Below are positions 58,189 through 64,000 of a stretch of 64,000 nt of DNA, piece after piece. This stretch comes from a virus, in IMG/VR virus record IMGVR_UViG_2706795158_000001, positions 39,335 through 103,334 of that record; one strand, given 5' to 3'. The notes under the pieces were generated by a model. It had not been told where the DNA came from, searched no databases, and saw nothing but the letters and a program-made list of their open reading frames with translations. The translations under genes and the position numbers were made by a program. Numbering within the stretch: position 1 is the stretch's first letter; every line of letters begins with the position of its first letter.

Positions 58189-58836
58189 TTGAATATGTCT
58201 AACGAGCTATGTAGAAACGGTGAAGCACTTAAATTATCTTGGGACGCAGTAGTCAAGCAGTTCAACAACTTAGTGAAGTATGCAGCAAGACAAAAAGCAC
58301 AGAACAGTACACTGGATGGCATGTTATCGGCAGAGGATTTATATCAAGAAGGTATGATTAAGTTGTATGATTGCTGGGATAAGTGGTGCGTGGGTGAGAA
58401 TAAAGACATGGACGAATTTGCTCCTATCTTCCGTAAGTCTCTATACAGACAGATGGACAACAAAGGTGGAGGGAGCAAGTTTACCTACATAGACTTAGAA
58501 GATGCGTTTACAAACATAGAAGACAGCAAAGGCTATGATGTGGTAGAAAGAATGTACCGTGATAATGGCATGGAGAAGCTAAAGGATATGCTAAGTGAGA
58601 TATCAAGAGAGTTCTTAGAAGAACTTATTGAGCCTAGTGAAGCAACATTATTCCAGGTATGGGCTGATACTGCACGTAAGAATATGCTTAAATCACAGGG
58701 CAAGCGTATCAACATTCCTAAGGACACAACAGTTAGAATGAAACATATACAACGTGCCTTAGGACTAACAGGTAAGCAGTATGACAACGTAATGCAAGAG
58801 ATTAGGGAGAAAGCACCGTTGGCATTACAGTACTAG
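58189..58836 (+). CDS. Phage RNA polymerase sigma factor (sigma70 family)
   Basis: Region 2-like LVKYAA...AEDLYQEGMIKLY...F; C-terminal HTH-like segment. Confidence 0.8.
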   Translation: MNMSNELCRNGEALKLSWDAVVKQFNNLVKYAARQKAQNSTLDGMLSAEDLYQEGMIKLYDCWDKWCVGENKDMDEFAPIFRKSLYRQMDNKGGGSKFTYIDLEDAFTNIEDSKGYDVVERMYRDNGMEKLKDMLSEISREFLEELIEPSEATLFQVWADTARKNMLKSQGKRINIPKDTTVRMKHIQRALGLTGKQYDNVMQEIREKAPLALQY

Positions 58837-58916
58837 AGAGATAGCAGTTTAGGAGAAAAAATCAAATAAATCACTTCTTTTATAAGTGATTACATGTGAA
58901 TGGGGGAAATGTAGTT

Positions 58917-59378
58917 ATGAGTTTCTTTGGAAATATAGACTCAAAATTATTAGAAGCGTTACAAGAAAGCACTTGTTTTGGTATTGCACACGATGAGAGT
59001 GTACCTGAATGTCAGAAGTGTGATGTAAGAGGTCAGTGTAAGGCACGTATGGAGGGGGCTAATATCCCAACACCACGTAAGAAAGAGAAGAAGGTTGTAG
59101 TAGAAACTCCTAAGGAGACTAAAGCAACAACTAAGCCTGCAACAAAGTCGGACAAGCCAGCACCGAAGAAGGCTACTAGTACACCTGCTAAACCTAAAGC
59201 AGAAGCTAAGAAGAAAGACCCTGTCCAGTATTCGGCAGATATGCCAGACTTCAAGCCTATGAGCTTTGAGGCACTGAAGGACTTAGCATCAGAGCGTAAT
59301 GTAGAATGGAAAGACTACGCTAATGATTCTATCACACGTATGCGTCTGATTATGAATCTTAAGAAATCGTACCAGTAG
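58917..59378 (+). CDS. Cys-cluster protein with Lys/Pro/Thr linker and C-terminal repeat motif
   Basis: C-x11-C-x2-C-x5-C; C-terminal SFEALKDL...VEW...ITRMRLIMNLKK. Confidence 0.75.
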   Translation: MSFFGNIDSKLLEALQESTCFGIAHDESVPECQKCDVRGQCKARMEGANIPTPRKKEKKVVVETPKETKATTKPATKSDKPAPKKATSTPAKPKAEAKKKDPVQYSADMPDFKPMSFEALKDLASERNVEWKDYANDSITRMRLIMNLKKSYQ

Positions 59379-59437
59379 TATAAAAGGGTGTGCCAAGCAG
59401 GGTACACCCTTTCATTAAGTTTCAGGGGGTAAGACAT

Positions 59438-60286
59438 ATGAATAACAATGAAATAATCAGGACTCCTATCTCCGTAAATAGAAGTCCTATATCTGTATCT
59501 TTTTGTAACTGCTATAATCAAAAAATCATTAAGCACAATGACCACGCATATGCGGTGTGCGGAGATAGAATGTCTCTAGGTGACCTTAAAGACTACTTAC
59601 TGTTAGATCTACCCAATCCTATATACTTTACTCACCTAGTGCCGAACTGGGAAGAGAAGATTAACTTAGTGCTTGATAACAATACACCAGTGATTCTAAA
59701 AACAGGGAAGGCGATACCTACCTACCTTGTTAAGAAGATGGGCGAACAGAACCGCTCGACTTTGAGGGTTGTTATTAATTCTCTAGATGACTCTGCACGG
59801 AAGTTGGTACAGAAGGAGTCCTCCGAGATGAAAGACATCAGGGAGATGATGTTCATAGCAAAAGCGTGGAAGGTTTTCGTGTCGTGTCACGTAGACTACT
59901 TCCCTCACATAATGAAGCCATTAGACTTATTGCAACTAGTGGAAATGAATAAGAATCTGGTATCCTCTATCACAGTAGACTTCCCAGCATTCACTATTGA
60001 ATTCCTAGGGGCAATGGTAGACCGATGGCAGATGATTAATCCTAAGTTCATGGAGCATATCCAGAAGTACTATTTACTGGACGAACATGAAATCTATCAG
60101 CCTAGATGTAAAGTAGAGATACTGTCCAAGTTGGATACATTTGTTAAGGGAAGACGAGTAAGCATCATAGACCTTCCAGACCATAACGTTACCGAGTATC
60201 ACACAGAAGAACCACCATTTGGTATATCTTATGATAATCAAGAGCCAACTACTTGTGGAAAATGTGGGAGACTACTATATGCATAA
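59438..60286 (+). CDS. Hypothetical protein, possibly a degenerate SPL-type radical-SAM fold
   Basis: PVILKTGK...VVINSLDDSARKLVQ...FPHI resembles the SPL-family barrel; no CxxxCxxC; C-terminal CGKC. Confidence 0.4.
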   Translation: MNNNEIIRTPISVNRSPISVSFCNCYNQKIIKHNDHAYAVCGDRMSLGDLKDYLLLDLPNPIYFTHLVPNWEEKINLVLDNNTPVILKTGKAIPTYLVKKMGEQNRSTLRVVINSLDDSARKLVQKESSEMKDIREMMFIAKAWKVFVSCHVDYFPHIMKPLDLLQLVEMNKNLVSSITVDFPAFTIEFLGAMVDRWQMINPKFMEHIQKYYLLDEHEIYQPRCKVEILSKLDTFVKGRRVSIIDLPDHNVTEYHTEEPPFGISYDNQEPTTCGKCGRLLYA

Positions 60287-60287
60287 C

Positions 60288-60319
60288 AAAAAGGTAGCCC
60301 ATTACAGGCTACCTTTTAA
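60288..60319. terminator. Bidirectional terminator at the convergent junction
   Basis: aaaaaggtagcc-cattaca-ggctacctttt. Confidence 0.85.
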
Positions 60320-61126
60320 TATTGAATTCAGTATATGTGTGAAGTCCTCCTGTGTACCACTCAAGAATCTAACCATCGAGCCATGTGTATAGTTTCTCAT
60401 GTCATTAACCCTTTTAGTGAACTTATCCCTTGTTAACAATAGAACACGTGGAAACGTAGGATTTTTGAATACTTTAGCCCATTCTTTCTTAGCCCACTGT
60501 TTGGACACGTAGTAATCTTTGTAATTGTCAATCTTGTTCTTGATAACTGGTAGCCTCTCCGTACCCATGTCGACCTCAATGCAGAATCCATATCCTTTAC
60601 CCTTACACTTAAATACACAAACAATGTCGGGCTTAATGAAACTGTCATTAAAGTGGCACTTCTCTTCCGTCTCATAATATATCATCTCTCCCTCTAGGTC
60701 TCTAAGAATTTCCCTTATCAAGCATTCACATTCGTTAATGGCAACTCTGTGGTGAAACCCGTCTACTAGTATTCGCTGACCATTAGAGTCATACTTGATT
60801 GGCTTACTGTATCGTTCCATATCCAGTAATATTATTCCTGCCCTGTCGATACATATGTGCTGTTGAGCACTCCCCTGACCCAAAGGTACAGGGGGAACTA
60901 TTCTATCTATCACATGCTTGTTGAACAGTATCTTCAGCCTATTGTTAAGCCTTTCAGTACTAGCAAACTCTGGATAAAGGCGTTGTATCTGGTCTCTCTT
61001 TAGCACCCTCTTATCAGCCAGTAACCTTAGTAGTCCCATATCCCTCTCTGTAATGTTGTTGCAGTTATTATAAACCCACTCCCTAGTTATCTGCTTCACT
61101 TCTGGACGCTTATAGATACCCTTCAT
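60302..61126 (-). CDS. Replication-relaxation family protein (winged HTH plus PD-(D/E)xK nuclease)
   Basis: ITERDMGLLRLL...L...QI; H...INE; KPD...IEVDMGTE...K...Y...FPRVLLLT; ATG 61126 has GGAGG SD. Confidence 0.85.
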   Translation of the reverse strand: MKGIYKRPEVKQITREWVYNNCNNITERDMGLLRLLADKRVLKRDQIQRLYPEFASTERLNNRLKILFNKHVIDRIVPPVPLGQGSAQQHICIDRAGIILLDMERYSKPIKYDSNGQRILVDGFHHRVAINECECLIREILRDLEGEMIYYETEEKCHFNDSFIKPDIVCVFKCKGKGYGFCIEVDMGTERLPVIKNKIDNYKDYYVSKQWAKKEWAKVFKNPTFPRVLLLTRDKFTKRVNDMRNYTHGSMVRFLSGTQEDFTHILNSILKGSL

Positions 61127-61127
61127 A

Positions 61128-63869
61128 TCAACCTTCCTCCAATCCATCGTCTGATAATACTTCCTCTAGTAATTCCATTATTTCTTCTGCACCTTCTTCA
61201 TCACCATCCTCTAGTAGCTTAGTCACCAGTGCACCAGCATCTTTCTCTAGTGTACGCAATTCATCTTCATGTTGTTCTCTACGCTCATCTTCATCAATTT
61301 CAATAGGGGTGTTTTTTGGTGGGGTTTTGCCTTTTTTGTCCTCTCCCTCTACTAGTTCAACAGAGAACTCGGCATTGTTCTTGTATCGGAACAACTCATT
61401 CAGCACTTCCTGTTTTGGTCTTCCCATAAGCCTTGCATTTATATCGTATAAGTCATTATTGTCATATTTCTTGTATCTCTTTTCAGGCTCGTTAATAGCC
61501 TTAACCATAAATGGTGGAGTAGCTTCACCCTTCTTATTGTACATCTTTAGCTTGACGATTGCATGGTGCTTAGGCATACCCTTTGATATTTGGTCTACGC
61601 TAAATTCTGGTTGAATAACAGACTCCAGTTCTTTCAAGTTATCTCTATCTGTTTGGAATATAACATAGTGTGGACCAGCCTTACGTATCATCTTAGGTAA
61701 CTCTCTATCCGCCTTTTTTAACTGCTCCCATCCATGGAACATAAATGTTAAGCCGCAACGATACTTTCTGTAACGAGTTAACATACTTCTCCAACGTTCA
61801 CTACCCTTGATATAGTGGTCTGGTTCATCTAGTACTATGAAGCATGGCTTACGGTCATCCTCTTCCTCAATATCTTCCCTACTAATGATAGCCAAATTGA
61901 ACTTGGATATTAGGAATGATACTAGTGCGGTCTGATTCTCTTCACCTAGTGTTTCATTAGCCTTGACTAACACTAGACAGCCTTCATCCATCCACTTCCT
62001 GAAGTCTACTAGATATTCACCATTCTCATCCTTTTTAGGCTTCTGAAGTATGAAACTCTTTAGAGCCTTCTTACGCATTACAACTGCTAAACGTCTGAAT
62101 GCTTGCTCATATATAGCTTTTCTGTCCTCTTTAGACATCTTCTCATGGAAGTACTCCCAGTCACTACGCAACTCTGGGTCATCAATATGAGGAATAATCC
62201 TAGCACGATATTCTGCATTACTCAACATGTTCTCTATATCCTGTAACGTTGCATCTGGAGTAGTATACACTGCACGTACAGCATTCTCAACCCAGATTCT
62301 AGATGTCATGCTTAATTCTGTACCTGCTACAAGCTCAACGTATGACAGAATCTCTTCAGTAATTAAATCCTCAATAACATCTGTATTTCTACCTCTGAAT
62401 ATCTCATTCCAGCCCAACCCTACAGGGTTCTCTGAATTTAGGAAGTCTATTATCTTTACCTTATCCCTCTTCTCTGGTGGAACTAGATTCAGTATCCTCT
62501 GTGCTAATTTACCATCTGCCGCATCTACTACCATAGACCCGTAACCTTTCTCCAGTGCATCTAGTGCAAAGCTAGCTGCAAATGTGGACTTACCACTACC
62601 TGGCTCTCCTATTACCACACGTGACATACACAGTAGGTTAGGGTTATCTCCTGCGAAGTATACTGTCTTAGTTTCACCATCTGTGTCTTCATATGTCGCA
62701 AACGGTATACCCTTACCGTCATCTTCAAATATTTCCTTAGGTATATCCGACAAACTTCTATGCTGAACAGTGTCTAGCTCTCCTGCATGCTCCAACTGTA
62801 ACACTTGGTCTGGTACCTGTATTATCTTAGCCAACTCTAGGGAGCATAGTTCATCTCCATTCATCTTAACAACCATCTTACGGTCTCTAATATTCTTGAG
62901 TGCTTTCACCTTGTCTCTACCCTCTACTTCTTTCGTCACTATCTTATTATCCCCTTCTAGAGGATGGAAACCTGCTGTAAGGCTTCTCGTGATGGCTCTA
63001 CGTCTGTCTTCATCATCAGATACAGCTATTGCATTAAAGTTAATCTTGAACCCTTCACTATACTTCTTACGCAATGAGGATTTAGAACGTCCCTCATGTG
63101 CCTTTCTCTTTAATGAGTCTCTAAACTCACTATTCATCTCCCAGCCAGGTATGAGGAAATCGCCTACTATGTTCATAAGTTCCTCAAGAACAAGACCCAC
63201 AACGTTAGCCAAGCCCACCAAGACGTTTTTTGATGTAAACATCGTACCTTTTTTCTTAGGAATGGTGTTCTTTTCCTTGATATCTTCGCTGATTCCAACC
63301 ATAGTCTCATTCCAAGACTCCCCTAATGGTCTCATCCCTAGTTGGAGTATCGCATAGTCCTCATCCTTGAGATAGTTAGTAGTCGTCAAGATAGAGTCCA
63401 ATGGAGTATACTTAGGGTTCTCCACATCCAAGGATAGTGCTGGGTGGTTTTGTAAGGACATCTTAGTAACACTAGTATTATCCATGTGCAAGTTTGGTAG
63501 AGGGTCTTTCACCTCCCTTACTGTAGAACGTTTCCAGCATCTCCTTATCTGCCTAGTAAGTGCATCCTTTAAGTGGTCTTTATCAGGGATAACCAGATAG
63601 AACTTTACCTGACCTTTGTGTATCACAACTTCCCACCATATATTCATCTCTGGAGTGTAGACCAGCCTACCACCTGCAAAGTTGATACGTCTGTTTAGTG
63701 GAGTGAACAGTGTCGCAAACTCTGTTATAAGCCACCTAACTCCTGCATTAGACGTCATCTTACTAGGAATAACCTCCAGTGTCACATACTGTATTTCCTC
63801 TTTCTCTACTAAACGTATCTTCTCCTTAGTAGTTGGATTAACAATATTAACCTCTGGTTGTGCATTCAT
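61128..63869 (-). CDS. VirD4/TraG- or HerA-like P-loop ATPase
   Basis: GEPGSGKS Walker A; FIVLDEPD Walker B; RKYRCGL...Q; long N-terminal extension; stop 1 nt before the downstream start. Confidence 0.8.
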   Translation of the reverse strand: MNAQPEVNIVNPTTKEKIRLVEKEEIQYVTLEVIPSKMTSNAGVRWLITEFATLFTPLNRRINFAGGRLVYTPEMNIWWEVVIHKGQVKFYLVIPDKDHLKDALTRQIRRCWKRSTVREVKDPLPNLHMDNTSVTKMSLQNHPALSLDVENPKYTPLDSILTTTNYLKDEDYAILQLGMRPLGESWNETMVGISEDIKEKNTIPKKKGTMFTSKNVLVGLANVVGLVLEELMNIVGDFLIPGWEMNSEFRDSLKRKAHEGRSKSSLRKKYSEGFKINFNAIAVSDDEDRRRAITRSLTAGFHPLEGDNKIVTKEVEGRDKVKALKNIRDRKMVVKMNGDELCSLELAKIIQVPDQVLQLEHAGELDTVQHRSLSDIPKEIFEDDGKGIPFATYEDTDGETKTVYFAGDNPNLLCMSRVVIGEPGSGKSTFAASFALDALEKGYGSMVVDAADGKLAQRILNLVPPEKRDKVKIIDFLNSENPVGLGWNEIFRGRNTDVIEDLITEEILSYVELVAGTELSMTSRIWVENAVRAVYTTPDATLQDIENMLSNAEYRARIIPHIDDPELRSDWEYFHEKMSKEDRKAIYEQAFRRLAVVMRKKALKSFILQKPKKDENGEYLVDFRKWMDEGCLVLVKANETLGEENQTALVSFLISKFNLAIISREDIEEEDDRKPCFIVLDEPDHYIKGSERWRSMLTRYRKYRCGLTFMFHGWEQLKKADRELPKMIRKAGPHYVIFQTDRDNLKELESVIQPEFSVDQISKGMPKHHAIVKLKMYNKKGEATPPFMVKAINEPEKRYKKYDNNDLYDINARLMGRPKQEVLNELFRYKNNAEFSVELVEGEDKKGKTPPKNTPIEIDEDERREQHEDELRTLEKDAGALVTKLLEDGDEEGAEEIMELLEEVLSDDGLEEG

Positions 63870-63880
63870 CTTAACCCCTC

Positions 63881-64000
63881 CTATTTAAACCATCCTTGCA
63901 TAAACTCCGGTAACACATACATCATTTCTTCTCTAGCCTTCTCACCAATAGACTCAAACGTTGCATCAAATATCCCACCCATTATACCCCCAATGAATTT
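63881..64000 (-). CDS. C-terminal 39 aa of an upstream gene running off the window
   Basis: Open frame KFIGGIMGGIFDATFESIGEKAREEMMYVLPEFMQGWFK*; its stop abuts the ATPase SD. Confidence 0.6.
   Translation of the reverse strand, partial: KFIGGIMGGIFDATFESIGEKAREEMMYVLPEFMQGWFK

Noticed and set aside
539-63888. Numerous minus-strand ORFs of 60-195 aa opposite long plus-strand genes, and short alternate-frame ORFs
   Set aside because: Shadow ORFs of well-supported genes; Ser/Leu/Phe-rich antisense composition, no SD, no recognisable motifs

Overview
The window is part of a large contractile-tailed phage genome, or a phage-plasmid/prophage, from a Bacillus-like host (GGAGG Shine-Dalgarno sites, Amidase_2 endolysin). 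Its capsid, protease, sheath and tube sequences, and its gene order, resemble SPO1/Twort-like phages (Herelleviridae). Plus strand 1-41976: putative internal head proteins, portal, prohead protease, scaffold, major capsid, neck, sheath, tube, tail chaperone, tape measure, baseplate, a 3592-aa tail fibre and lysis genes. Plus strand 42196-60286: two helicases, a candidate origin, SbcCD-like nuclease, primase, dUTPase, resolvase, PC4-like protein and a sigma factor, with accessory genes interspersed (DUF488, WYL-like, two Tad2-like, TerD, TerC). Minus strand 60302-64000: a VirD4/HerA-like ATPase coupled to a replication-relaxation-family nuclease. The main leads are (i) a large, probably virion-packaged protein with a lethal-factor-like HExxH protease domain, a candidate capsid-targeting motif and a 37-aa repeat shared with two distant regulatory-region genes; (ii) a +1 frameshift site TCC_TTT_CGT in the tail chaperone, the same motif as influenza PA-X; (iii) a conjugation-like module in a phage type usually regarded as lytic. 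All family assignments come from motif recognition by eye; no database search was run. I saw no tRNA, rRNA, CRISPR array, intron or intein.
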